This document shows positions 36,719 to 49,986 of a stretch of 64,000 nt of DNA, in pieces. Source of the DNA: Camelus ferus (Eukaryota); contig NC_045698.1 of NCBI RefSeq assembly GCF_009834535.1, positions 11,844,001 through 11,908,000 on the forward strand, given 5' to 3'. The translations under genes and the position numbers were made by a program. The first letter of the stretch is position 1, and each line of letters starts with the position of its first letter. The notes under the pieces were generated by a model that searched no databases, was not told the DNA's origin, and saw only the letters and a list, made by a program, of their open reading frames with translations.

Positions 36719-39700
36719 TGCTCGATGAACCACTTTCACTGGTGTCATTTCTGGTGGGGTCAGTTTAAGTGCGTCAAGAGACACACATGTTAGACACAAG
36801 AACTATGCAAAAACTCATACAGAACTCATTGTCTAGTTCTGAGAACTAGGTAAGCCTCACTTCCGGTTGCTAATCACATCGGCGTTGATGGGAATTGCCG
36901 TGTTAAGTTGCACGAGGCATGCCTTGCCAAAGGATCAATTTAATGTTCTGCCCTAAGGAGGATCCATCGTCTGAATAGTTTCCTCGTTACAGATTCAGGC
37001 AACGTGAGACTGCACTTTCAGATATTCCTGGCTGAGTTCCAGCTCCGTATTCGTAAATTCATTGATTTGGTTGGGAAAATGAGTGAGGAGGATGGGGGTG
37101 GAGTCGGGGGCTGGGTGGGCACTCCTGGCCAAAGCAAACCAGGTGAATTACTCCTTCCATTTGTTGTGCAGACCGACAAAACACAACTGTAGCTCAGCTT
37201 CAGGAATGGCACTGCCACCCTGCTGCTTATTTTCCATTTTAAAGAAACTCTGCTGGCTTGGTGACATCATTACATATAGACGTTTTTTCATTTCTAAATA
37301 TATATTATATATAATTCACTCAGCCCTAAGATTTTGTTCCATTTTCTTCATTCCAAAACCTTGAGCATCTACTTAAGCAGAAATCTACAAATGCTCTTCT
37401 GGAATTCTTCAGGGCAGCCTAAAAGGGGAAATTTCAAAAAAGTCAGAAAGAAAAAATATTCACATCCGTTTTAGACATTACGCCCCAACCAGCTATCCAA
37501 GTTAAATCATTTTCACTCTTAAACAAAAATTTCTATTCTTTTTTGAAAGACTTACAACTTATTTCCAAGATTTTCATCCATGTTCCTAACGCATAGCCCT
37601 GTGATAAACCCCTAACCTCACCCAAGCAGCAGAGGGGCCACAGACACAATTTTAGAACCTGATAGAACTTGAGGTTGACCTTTTTTAGTCCCAAATACAG
37701 TCCACAATCTTCCAAGATGAAAGGCCTTAGAACAAAAAGAAGGTGAAATGTGTGTCTAGCCTTTCAGATAATCTTGCTTTATATACCAGATGATTTATCT
37801 TTTGTATCCTGAAGGTGGTCACTGGATTTCATTCATTAATTCATTAACTCACCCTATGTTTATCAAGTCTTTTGGAAACACCTACTAGTGACATGGAAGT
37901 GCAGGAGGTGTTGGAACAGCACAGGTCATCATCAGGTCATGGTTTCCTATCCTGTTTGTGTTAATGTCCCTCTTGCCCTCTGAGGCACATCCTCTTGGCT
38001 TTATGATTTGCAGAAACTCGGTGTATCACATGCACCCAGCGGACCTGTCAGAGAGCGGTCATTGCCTAACTTCAAAAAGCAGACATTTCTTCAAGCTTCT
38101 TATGCAAGTGGATTCATTACAGTCCCTGGAGGGGGATGCTGTCCTTATCATGGGGGTATTTCAGGATGTCTATGCAAGATGCTCAGTACAGTTATTCAAA
38201 GCCCCTTGGCGGACTAATTTCATTACACTGCGTTGGACCAGGAAATGGTTCTTCTCCAAAAGGTCAGATCGGATGTACCGTGGCATCGGATGTTTTCCGT
38301 ACCTTCTTCCGCCATGAATAATTGATCAAAAAGCATTCTCAAATTCTGAACAACACAAGTACAGAATGAATTATTAACACAATCTTCTCCAATCTAATCA
38401 TCCTCTCTTCCTCTTTGACTCTCTCCTCCCTGCTCTTAACATGACTCAGGAGAGAGGTCTCTATTCGGGGTTCTTCTGTCAAAGACCTGAGTACTCAGAG
38501 TCTCTGTGTCTCATTTCTTTGTCTGGAAAGGGAAGGTTTGAATTAGACTGGTTTTATGGCCTGTTGGTTCTCAATAGTTTTCATTTTCATATCAAGGTTC
38601 AGGAATAGGAGTAATTCTTTTCCCCCAATGCAAACCAGCTGCTCCTCTGGAAGAGGGTTTGAGAAATCTCTACCCAGTGTTTGGTGAAAATCAATGGTTA
38701 GAATGGAAGGATAAGTTGCCACTGGTTACTCGCATAATAACTGAACCTAAGTCGTTGGTAGCACTTGTTCAAAACCAGAAGAGAAAGAGCAAATTAGGTG
38801 GAATACTGAAACCGTGGTTTGACTGCTCCACAGTGAACTCTCTGAAAGGAGATTCTCCCCTTGCTCCCTTGCTCTCTGACTTGCGTCTGGCAGAGGTCAG
38901 GCCTTTCCCTTAATGTCAGAAAGTTTAACCTGGTGGATATGCTTTAACTTTTTTTCCTTCTTGCCACTTTCCATCTTCATCACTCCTCTCTCCACCCCAC
39001 CCCACCCCTTTCTCCTTATTCTTTTGTGATGCCAACTAATTGCTATCTTTGTAATCTGAAATGGAGCTTAAAGACAGTGGAGAGAGAGGGAGAGAAAGAG
39101 GGGGAGAAACAGCTGTGGGCATCGTCTGGTAGAAACAGAAATATAACTAAGAGCAGAGGGTGACCGCCCTGTATTTACTTTCCCTGCTTCCCCTTGTTCC
39201 CGGTCCAAGAGGTTTTCATTTAGACGATGAGCATTGTGTGTCTCATGGACATAAAATAAGACTTGATGTTGGTGTTGGATGTCTAGCCTCAGCACATCCT
39301 GTGATGAGTGTGCAGTCTAGCAGGGTGTGGGGTCTTCAGGGAGCCAGACGTCTGGGACCCCACAGTGGCTGCTCTGAAATCCAAGATCCATCAAAGCCAG
39401 TGGAAGAGGAGGGGCAGGGAAAGGGAGCAGTGAGATGGAGCGAGCAAGAGAGTGAAATAAAGGGGAAGAGCGAGAGGATGGACATTTGTTTCTGGGAGTA
39501 TTCATTGAACTCAGTCCATCTCACCCGGGAGGAGTAGCATGGCCGCTGTTGGCTTGGCCTGGGAGGAGATGACATCAAACTTGAAAGATATTTTTCTTCA
39601 ATACCTTTAAAAAGAAATCTACATCCACAAAAATTATGCTGACAAAGATTAATTTATCCTGTATGACCAAATGGCATATTGTAAAAGGGAAGACATATTA

Positions 39701-40489
39701 TACACCATTGGAAAAAAGTTCTCATAAATTGTTTCTTAGAGGGTTATGAAGATGCAACTCAACTTTGTTTTTTTGTGTTCAATCCATTGTGAGCATATCA
39801 TGCATGAGGCCCTGGAGCAATAAAGGATGAAGGAGACAAGGTCCATACCCTTGAGAAGCTGATGGTTCTAGTGGAGTAGAATATTGGTCAGCCTACTTGT
39901 TTGCCAGCAACACTGTAGCTATTTTCAACAACAAAAAAGGTATTTTTAAAGAAGGTTGCTGGGTAGCTCAAAGAATCACCAGAATAGCTGGGCATTTTCC
40001 CCGGAACTAAAAGAGGCTCCCTCTGCCAAAGTCATATTGAGAAGTCAGTGTAGTTGGGCCACAAGTTGTGACAGCATGCCACTGAACATTCCCGTGGTGG
40101 TCACTGCCACTGCCACCACCACTGGACAATGAATAAATTCTGAACTCTTGCTATGACTTTTCATTAGTAACCCAAGATTAAAAGTCCCAAGTCCAACATA
40201 GTGAGTATCTTCCCTGACGCTTTATCAAACGTACACAGTGGGGGGTTCTCCCTAAGTAGAAAGTGGAAATGGATGCTGCCAGGCAAAAATCTTTGTAAAG
40301 GATAACTGTGCACTATTTGGATATAGACATCTACATAGATCCATTCAATATGAAGTGGACAGTTCTGTAATGGCAAAGGAGAGGCCCTTGCCAAGGGGAC
40401 CAGGGAAGCCTTCCAAGGGGAAGCTGAGTTGAACATCTTGTGGAACGAGATGGTCCATCTGGGACTCTGCAAGCATTCAGCATTGTTAG

Positions 40490-40632
40490 AGCGGAGGTTT
40501 TCAATCTTGGCCTCTCATCAGACGCTGCTCACAGAGTATTGCTAGGGAACCCCCAGACCAATTACACCAGAATCTCAGAGTGGAACTTAGGCTCTAAGGG
40601 CTTCCAATGTGCAGCCATGGTTGAGATGCCCA
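40490..40632. mobile_element. MER5-like hAT MITE
   Basis: 'gcggaggttttcaatcttggc...cccagaccaattacaccagaatctc...atgtgcagccatggttgaga'. Confidence 0.6.
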
Positions 40633-42453
40633 GAGATGAGATCCAAAGGGCTTCTCTTCTGTAATTAGTCCTGATGTAAATGGCACCTCCTCCATGAAGT
40701 CTATCCGGATTGTGTGAGATCATATCATCATGTGAAACTTCTCTTTGTCCTGTGATCATATGATTGTGGGATCTCTTCCCCTCGGTTCCCTCATAGTTTC
40801 CTGTCTGTACTTCCCTTTTGCCACTTAACTTAGCCTTCCATTATACTCACGAGGGAACACGTTTCGTTGTTCTCCAAATTTATACATCAATCTAATTAAA
40901 TGTTAATTTCTGCCCCCAGGGGAGAATAGCTGGTGTGCAATAAATATTTGTTGCTGCTTAAATATAAGTATCCCTCATGTCCAATAAGTACCTTGGCAAT
41001 AATGCTGGCTTCCGTTTAATTTAAAATGTAAGAAGCAGAACACGGAAATGATGGCTTCCACTCGACTGAGCAACTTTTGTGTGCCAGGCATATATTGTGT
41101 AAATTCTTTCTAGTAATTTTTCAGTCCAAATCCCCAAGTCTCAAGCAAACAAGCCTCCTTGGCTAGCACGGGCAGTCCAGTGTCTTGCAGAGTCGACTCC
41201 CTGCACCCAAGGATTTGGGGGAGTCACCAGTGAGGGGACCAGTACAAGCAGGCCTCTCTCAGCTCTGCTGAGGTGGCCTCTAGTGACCTGGGTTCAAAGC
41301 CATGTGGACACCACACTACAGAGGCTGCCCACACTTCCCAGGCCTCTGTCCTCCTGGCATCTAGCAACCCCTCTCTCAGTGACATCTCGGTGGAAGTGAC
41401 CTCAAACAAGGGTGTAAGGAGTAGACTTTTGGGGTCACACTCACAATCTTTATTTGCTCCTCTGTAAAATGAGGATTTTTGGTTTCCTTTCACCTATAAT
41501 GATTTTTTTCCCCTGAAGTGGCTCGTCCACTCTCCTAGCAACCAGGCTGCAGCAGGACCTTCCTCATCTGCAGAGCACACGTGTCATTCCTGAATCCCAG
41601 CCGTGGACCTGATTTGTAGATTCAAAGAGGGCCTGTTGCCGGTATCTACACCTCATTCATGGTCACACAATATTTATTCTGTCATCAGCAACTTGATTAT
41701 ATCCTTATTGTGTTTAAAAGCTCCTGGACTGAAATGTGGTAAAATCAAAGCAGTTATTTTGCTAAGGTGACAGAATCGTGGATCATTTTTTTCTTTCATA
41801 TTTTTTTACCTCACTGATGTTAAATTATTCTTTGTTCACGGAAAAAGGGCAGACGCAGTAGGAAGCTCCAGGACTTACCCCGTCCATCACAGGCGAGTAG
41901 CCTGAATGAGAAACTTGCAGAAGACGAGTGTTTAGCCATGTCCCCAGATATCTGAATATAAAGTTGTTGTCATCAATCACCTCCAGGCAGTCACTTTTGC
42001 CAAGAAAGCAATCGCCCTATTGAGGTCAGGAGAGCTTTCCGTATCCTTCCCTTTCCGGTAACCTGCGGGGCCCCGCATGGTCCGCCTCCACCACCACGTG
42101 GTTTTCACAAGCTCCCGTTTGCTCACTCCTGCCACAATCCCCACTGGCTGGCTTTTGGTTTTGTTTTTTAATATGACTCCCTCTGAGCAAAGCCTCCTGC
42201 CCTTGCAGCCTCCTCTGCCTGCTAAACTCCTCCCAAGGTGCCCTCATGCTCCCTCCCTCACTGTCCCTTCAACTTTACCTCTCTCTAGTGTCCTTGCCAC
42301 CGTTTTACACCAACACCTAACAATGAGCCTGTCAAAGGGCTCATGATATGCTGGGTCTGTCCTCAGAGCGTTACACTTTCAGAGCAGCAATGTAGGCTGG
42401 GTCCCCTATTAACCCATTTCACAGATGAGAAAACTGAGGCACCAAGAAATTAG

Positions 42454-42589
42454 TGGGGGGGGTTATTTTGGGGGGAGGGGTAATTAGGTTTGTTTATTTG
42501 TTTGTTTGTTTGATGGAGGGACTGGGGATTGAACCTAGGACCTTTTGCATGCTAGGCATGCGCTCTACGACTTGAGCTACACCCTCTCC
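42454..42589 (-). mobile_element. Second tRNA-Ala-derived camelid SINE (Vic-1-like)
   Basis: Collinear with 23886-24020. The minus strand reads 'gagagggtgtagctcaagtcgtagagcgcatgcctagcatgc...ggttcaatcccc...aaacctaattacccc'. A MIR core lies immediately upstream (42405-42450). Confidence 0.85.
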
Positions 42590-45500
42590 TAAGAACAAGA
42601 ATTTTTACTTTTTTTATCTCTTTATCTCCAGTGCTCGTTGCAGTGCCTGTCCAGAGTAGGTGTTTAATAGATATTCGTCTAATTAATTACTTGTTAGTTG
42701 ATTAATATGTCTCTAATACTTATTCCAGCTGTGGGTTTCTTCCTGCATACATGGCCAGTGCCTAGTAAATATTTTTTAACATGAAGTAAATCCCTAAAGC
42801 ACATTTCCCTAACCACATTCCCCCATTGCCCTGCTTGGGGAAGAAATGTTAAAACAAAATTCCTTCTCTCTGACTTACGGTCAAAGTCTCGGCCCCCAAA
42901 GCCAAGTACACAGCAGTAAGTGCCCAGGGCGCCTACATTCCAAAACAGTGACGCAGGACCAGTGAAGAAGGTTTGAGACTTTTCCAAACCAGACAAGCAA
43001 CGGAAGGTCACGGAGAGATGCTGGGTTCTACTCTGAAGTCTGGGACATCTCTTCTGAGCAACAGAAACTAAAGCTGACAGCAACGGCCGTTCTGAGAGAC
43101 CCATGTCAGCTTCCATCTCATTCTCTGTGCCTGACCTAAAATACACACAAGAGCCACTCCCCAGCCCTCAGTTTCAAAGATGTGCCCCGACTTAGCCTTG
43201 CTCCCCAGACGTCTCCCCCAGGACTACACCTGACATACAGCGATAATGATGCTGCATCTCAGTTAACCCACGGGGCCGTGCAGCCTGTTTGGAAATACGC
43301 TTTCATTCACATTCACCCTGTTCGTTCATGCCAGGCCCCTCCAGGCTAGAATTTCCCAACCCCTGATGAAGGCAGAAGGGTGACGAAGATCAGAATCACT
43401 TTAGTGCAATGCCTGCCACCTCTTGGAATTAAGCAAGGTCAAAATACCAAATGGGAACGTCTCAGCCCCTTTAGTAACACTTTTGTTTAGTGATGGGCTT
43501 CTGTAGCTTTGCTTCCTCCAACCTCTGCGGAAGAGCTCAGATTGAATAACGGTTTTGTCCATCAAAGCCAGCCCTTCCCCAGTGCAAGTCTCCAGACACA
43601 ATTTCCGTCTCTGGGCAGCTGCCGGGCTGCCTCACCATCTGTCAAGCTGGCCCGCTGCCCACGGAGGGGAAATGTGCCCGTGGTTTACTGCATCCAGGAG
43701 AGGCACCCAGGAAGACAGGGTTTGCTGGATTAGTGGCGCTGCATTTCCACACCCCACCCCTCTTGCTGAAAGCCCTTCCTGATCGCGCCTGTCGACAATT
43801 GTCCTAGTGGGGGAGTCTGTGTTTCCCTTGGCGTAAGGGAGCGTCCACCACCAAGTAGGGTTGGCCCAGCATTTCCTTCTGACAGGGGCCGCGACACTTC
43901 TTCCTCAGCCCAATGCCTTATGCGAGGAAGGTGTCTGAAAGCTCAGCTCCAATGATTACTCTGTCCTGGCTCTGACATTATCCAAAACCACCTGGGACAA
44001 ATTCTCCAACAGGAGGAAAAAGTGGACCAGCAGCCTTGGCCGTCTCCTTGTGGGCGCTGGCTGCACGTCTGCTGAACAGAAATAACTAAGGCACCGTGTC
44101 ATCTGCAGGACGGGGCGGTTACTCTGATGGCCAATGCACTTTATGGTATAACTTCTCAAGTGAGAGAAAAATCTGTGTATAGAAATGACACTGCCCCCCA
44201 CACCCAGTTAGCCACATTCCTATCGACTGGGTTTTTCTATCTTAGGGCAGAATGCTTGCCAATTGATGGAGAGAGGGGATGCAGGTGGTAGGATGGCAGA
44301 GAGAATAACTAATTAAACAGATCAATTGGCAATCAAATCAGGATTATGGTGAACTAGTTGCTATGCAGGATTTAATAAAAAAGAGATGTGCACTTTCCAG
44401 GGTACTTTGGACTTCAGTGGAACACTCGTGGAGGTCTCTCCAATCCTATCAACCTAATCAGGTTGCATTTAGAACACTAAACAGAAACGTACTCTCTCCC
44501 TCAGAGTGAGAGGAAAGGGTGCAGTAGCGTCAATGCCATCCTTACAGAAACCAATTTGGAGGTGCAGGGAATACAGCTGAGTGATGGAGGCACCACCAGG
44601 CATCTACTACTTTCAGGGGATAAACTGCAGTGAATCTGGTTTAGCTGGTCCCCAGGAGTAGACTTTCTGGAGATCCAGTAAGGCCAACAGCACAAGACCA
44701 AGCCCCAGTTGGGTCCTTGGTTTTGCTCTATTCTGAGGCCACAGGAAGTAACTCATATACCAGTCAATTCTCTGTAAATTTCCACTTCCGTGCCATTAGA
44801 GAACTGTGAAAAAGAGTGGCAGAAGTAACTCCCCGTTACCTCCTTCCCAAATGCCAGTGGGTCCATGGACTCAGAGTCTGCACGCAGGACACGTGTTCTT
44901 TTTAGGGATTCACCCAGAAGGGGAAGATCTGATTCAGCACTTGGACGACCCAGACCACTGCTCTTCAGGCAGTTTGTGACCCTCTGGCTCTCCTCTACTT
45001 CCTTTTCCTTTCAAGTCGCTAATTTATTTATTTGTGATTCGGTGAGACTTCAGTTTATGATGGTCAATAAAGTGACATCGCTGTTAAGTGATGCAAGTTC
45101 TCTGCTGGGGACATTGCCAAGCCAGGGAAGGGGGACTTCCTCTCACTCTGCTGCAATTCTTTCCCCACTCCATACCCGCGTCCCTGGTCACCAGCTTCAC
45201 TGTGATGGTGCAGACCACCATCCACGATTTGCTGAGTTGGGACCCTGCAAAATACTCTCCTTCAGGCAAGAATTCTGACTACAGCCAAGACGTTGGAGGC
45301 CATTAAATAGATTTCCATCCATTAGTAGACCAGGAAATTACTTGTTCCTTTCACTAAAATTCTCTACATGAGTTGAAATACTCACAAAATAGGCATAAGT
45401 GTAGATTATGAAATAATATTGATTTTCCAACTGCAGTTTACCGCCTTAAAACGTGTTCATACTCAAACATAAATGATGTATTACTGGAACGTCATGTCAT

Positions 45501-48149
45501 GGTCTCTTTCTGTCCGTAAGTGGAATGAGTCCTGCATCATTGGCAGACTTTCTAAATGGACTTAATAATTGTGATAAAAAAGAGATCTTAAAGATCTCGG
45601 ATAAAAGAAGAAATGTCCTGACGGGAAGGACATGGCTCCCCAGAGCTAGGAAATGTCTTGTTCTGAAACCACATGCTCCCTCCTGCCCTCTGATCACCAT
45701 GTGAATTCTTCAGCCTAACTCAGGTATCTCCCTAGAACAACCCTCTCTGAAGGAAGCTCCTCCAGTAGCTCTTTGTTATTCTGATCACACTGCTTTACTC
45801 TCTGGCACAGAGATCTCCTATAGCCTGGCATCCAAACATTTCTCCCATTGTCCCGTCCCTTTCTTATTTACCTGTATCGTTAATGCCTCCAGCTTCTAGG
45901 AGAGCACCTCAGATGAGTGTATCCAGGCTTATCCCTCCTGCGTCCTCTGCCTGAGCTTTGCTCCATTTGGCTTGCAGATCCATATCTTAGATTTCTCTTG
46001 AATCTGTGCTGTGTGTGCACATGCATGTGTGTGTGCTTGTCTGTGTGATGCTTCTCCAGCTGGGTCTGCAGGTTCAGGAACTGTGGTCTTTACCTTTTAC
46101 GCCTCTGCTTGCCTGGGGCCTCTAAGACAGTAGATGTTCAAGACTGTGTGCCCATCAAATGAACGGAGTGGTGGAGCAACTCTGATAAAATCTTACACCT
46201 CAAGTCCAGAGCCACCCCTCTCATAAAACCATCCCCCCACCCAAGCCCCTGTGAGAATTAAACTTTCCTTCATTTGGGCTTCTAGAGCACTTGACTTTTC
46301 CTTTGCTGTAGTAACATCACATACCCTGCCCTGTAATATCTCTAGTTGTGCATGTCTCTCTCTGCCCCTGGACCAACTGTTTACACCTGTGCTAGCTTTA
46401 CAGGTATTGTCTCTAATCCACACAATGGTCAGCCCTTGTAGATATTACTGTAAAGACTGGAAAACTGTAAGCTGCAGAGATTAAAGTAATAAATGGTGAA
46501 TCACAAGCTGTTATTTCCAAGGTAAGACTTCTGCCCCTCTCCTGGTGTTTTCTTTCAAAAAAAGGAATCCCATTAGTGAAACCATCCAGGCCTCTCTCTG
46601 TCCGCTCACTTCTTCCTCCCCAGGAGCTGTGGGACCTCCCTTCGTGATGGTTTAGGTTGGAAGGATAATCTGGATGTGCTTTTCTCTTCTCTCCCCTTCC
46701 TCTCCCTTCCATCCCTCCGACACAGGGAACACTCGTCTCCTCCACTTTATGTGCCTTAAGTCATTCAGAAGTAGCCCCAGCTCCTGCGGCCGATGGCAGG
46801 AGGGGCTGTAGTTGGGGGGATTTAACCTCAAAGGTAGCGATACCTGGCATCCTCAATCAGCAATCTTAGGGGAAAGACAAAGGGTAAAATATAAGCAGAA
46901 TGGGTGAGACTGAGAGGTGGTTTTGAAGCCTCGGATTTGAGTGTATGAGCTTGTGTTTGGTCTCAGAGGCTTATACACAATGGTTGTCACAGTGGTTGGT
47001 TGCAGGTTAAGTTTTTCAGTTTGGGCAAAAGCTTTCTGCCTTAGGCTACACAGTATTTTGAGCTCTGTAAGGGACTGCAGGTAATAAGGCCCATACATCT
47101 CAGCAAAGGGACAGGGCAGTACAGAGATTAACAAAGGCACAGGGACCACAGTCGCCAAAGAGAACAGGGCTCCTACAGGGGCGGTGAGGGAATCCCAGCC
47201 AAATGTGACATGCCTTCCGCGGATGTTGCCTCCTGGGACCTTTGCAAGCCAACACCGCCCCACAGGTCTCAGCAGAGGTGTGGGCCATTAGCAGGTGAGG
47301 GCAGCCTCTGAGTACAGGGCTGCAGCTTGTCCCCAGCCCTCACAGGTGCAGGTTTCCCAAGCAGAGGCCGCAAGCTCGTTGATTCACCCGTGGAGAAAAG
47401 TGCCTCTTAGACATTAGGGTGCAGAGCATGTCTGCTGTTTTTAAACTGTAGCTAGAGAATTCCATCTGCCCTACAGGTTCTAGATTTCAATTGTTAGTGC
47501 CAGGCACCAGCAGGCAAAGCGAACGGGAAATGCAGATCAGCAGGTTAGGGATATACTGGACACGTCATCTGCTGGTGCTGGGAGTTACAATCACTGCAAA
47601 TTTCTAACCTTGGCAAGAAGACAGCCATGCCTCAAGTGCTGCTCTTTGAGAGTGGAGATGTGGTATGTGGAGTTTCCTCCTGGATGTGGTGAATACCCTT
47701 GTTAGGAGAATTTTTCCCCCATCAAATTGAAGTTCAAAGGTCATGGATTCCAGACACCTAGCATAGCCTGGGGCAGACAGAAGCTGAGTGATTCCCCCAG
47801 CTCCTTCTCCCAGGTTTGTCTGGTTCTCTGCTGCTCCCTGTGGCCAATGACTTTCCTGGATTCTAGAAGCCTGGTTTTGCCGGGAAGCACTGCTTTTCTT
47901 AACTTGGTGGGTGTGGGGTCAGGGCTGTGACACTTGTGTGTGTCCTATTAACTCTTTAAACTCATTAAAAAGAAAAGCACTCAAGGGCTTTTCAATGAAC
48001 CAGTACTCCTTCCAAAGCTTGCAAGGAGTGATGCCCATTCCAGGTAGAAACAGCCCAGGTATCTCCCCAACCACAGGATCCGGAGGATGGCCCATAACTA
48101 TTTCAGGGGCCTTAAAACTATTTTCTTAACAAGAGTAAGGTGGGTTTCC

Positions 48150-49437
48150 TTTTCCATTTGTTGACGTGCATGGCTGGTACACAAGCAGGTGGTCATGGCG
48201 CCCACCTGTGCTCATGGCCATTGAATTTTTCACCACCGCACGCTCACAAATTTTTTTTAACCCACTGTCCCTTAAGAACATCCTTGACAAACCTGTAAAA
48301 ATTATTCATTTTATTCAACCTCATCCCTTGAGTAGGCATCCTTTTCATATTCTATGTGACCCCAACGGAAAGGCCACACAGAAGACTTTCGCTACGTACC
48401 AGAATTCGAAGACCGCCTGGAGGACAAGCAGTTGTACAATTGTTTGAATTCAGAGCTGAATGAGCCCTCTTTTAAAGTGAACATCTTTTTTATTTAAAGA
48501 AACTACTGTAGTTATTCAAACTCAAGTGGTTGGACACTATTTGCTCAAAAGCTGAACAAAGAGCCTGTCCTTTCAAGGCAGACAGCCGACAATAATTGTC
48601 ACCAATGATAAAATTCAAGCAGTCAAGTGAAAATTGGAGTTTCAAAAAATGTGTATCTACTACCGTGAGCTTGGCCGCTTCCTAGCACTTAAAGACTTCT
48701 CTGACGAGATGGGTGATAAATTAACAGGTGTGGTTTTTTTTTAATCTTATATAGTGAAGTACGTCAGTATTCAGGAGATCTGCCTTAACTTGGTGAATCA
48801 ATATTTTCCAACTGACCAAAATGTGATATTGACAAAATCATGCACAGGTAAAAGATTCTTTCAAGATGGAAGATATTCCAATGGGTCTTAACGTAACGAA
48901 GTATGAAAAGTACACTGATCTGGTTTCAGCTTCCAGACTGAAGCTCTGACCTCCTGTAACTAGCACTTGTCAAGTCCTAGCGTAAAATCAAAGAAGAAAA
49001 TCCACAATTATCTGAAACAGGTATGAAAATTCACCTCTCGTTTTCCAACTGCATATCTGTGGGAGGCTGAAGTTTCTTCAGACTCTTTAACCAAAAGGAA
49101 CATATGGCAACAGATTGAATGCAGAAGCGGATAAGAGAACCCAGATGCCGTCTATCAAACCAAACGTGAAAAGGATTTGCAAACACGTAAAGAAAAAAAA
49201 TGCCACTCTTTTTCGCTACATTTTCTTTTGTTTGTTTGGGGAAATATTGTTATTTTGAATAAGTATATGTTATCTATGTTAAATTTTCATGAGTTTATTT
49301 TATGTTTAAATGAATTAGTATTTTTAATGCCACAGTTTTAATTTCTGATATAATGAATTTTGATAAGTATCCTGGTGTTCTCATCAACTGTTGAGAGGTT
49401 AAAGGTGTACTGGGACGAAAAGTTTGAAAACCACCAA
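48150..49437 (+). mobile_element. hAT-Charlie (Charlie1-like) DNA transposon with decayed transposase
   Basis: ORF 48166-48447 contains 'LKNILDKPVKIIHFIQPHPLSRHPFHILCD', resembling the Charlie/ZBED5-type motif LKxVLDxAVKIINFIKxRPLNxRLFxxLC. The 3' end 'aaaagtttgaaaaccac' resembles a Charlie TIR. Many stops and frameshifts. Confidence 0.8.
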
Positions 49438-49937
49438 CCTAGACAATGAGAACGCCACCTATGACTGCCAGAATGAGAAACAGAGGGATGAGAGAATTTA
49501 ATATATTTGAATTTTTAACTTAAACAGAAAACAGAACATACTTTTAAACGTTAATTCAGGTGTATGTTTGAATTTTAACCTGCAAAGGGATTTAATAATT
49601 GGACTTTAATTTCCTGCTGGCAAATTATAGTAAGAGAAGGTTTGGAGCCAGATTTGGAATATCTGTTGCTGGATTATATTATTGTACGTGTGACCCATGT
49701 TGTCCTTTAATTTCAACTCAGAATCTCTGAAATGGAGTCACCAGAATGAGCTGAATTGGACCACGTGGCTGATGATAGTTTGGAATGGAAGTGGAAGGAT
49801 TGTCAGCCTTGGATTCGGAGTGGCCTTGGCTTTGCTTTCATTAACACACCTTTCTAATTCATTCCAGAGAGTTCTGGGAGCAAAATGTGTACTGCCCGGG
49901 AGATGTCGGGGGGCGCCCCAAAGACAGGGGGCGGTAT

Positions 49938-49986
49938 TGGGAGCAGCATCGGGAGGATGGGAGCAGCATCGGGAGGATGGGAGCAG
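49938..49986. repeat. 20-bp perfect tandem duplication (TGGGAGCAGCATCGGGAGGA x2.4)
   Basis: Seen directly in the sequence. Confidence 0.95.

Noticed and set aside
37958..38317. 119-aa plus-strand ORF preceded by a possible acceptor (tttgcag)
   Set aside because: No recognisable homology, no donor or partner exons, and overlapping ORFs in all three frames.
42694..45306. 150-aa and 137-aa ORFs in the GC-richer 42-47 kb zone
   Set aside because: Ser/Arg/Pro/Leu-rich composition typical of random frames, with no domain and no exon structure.
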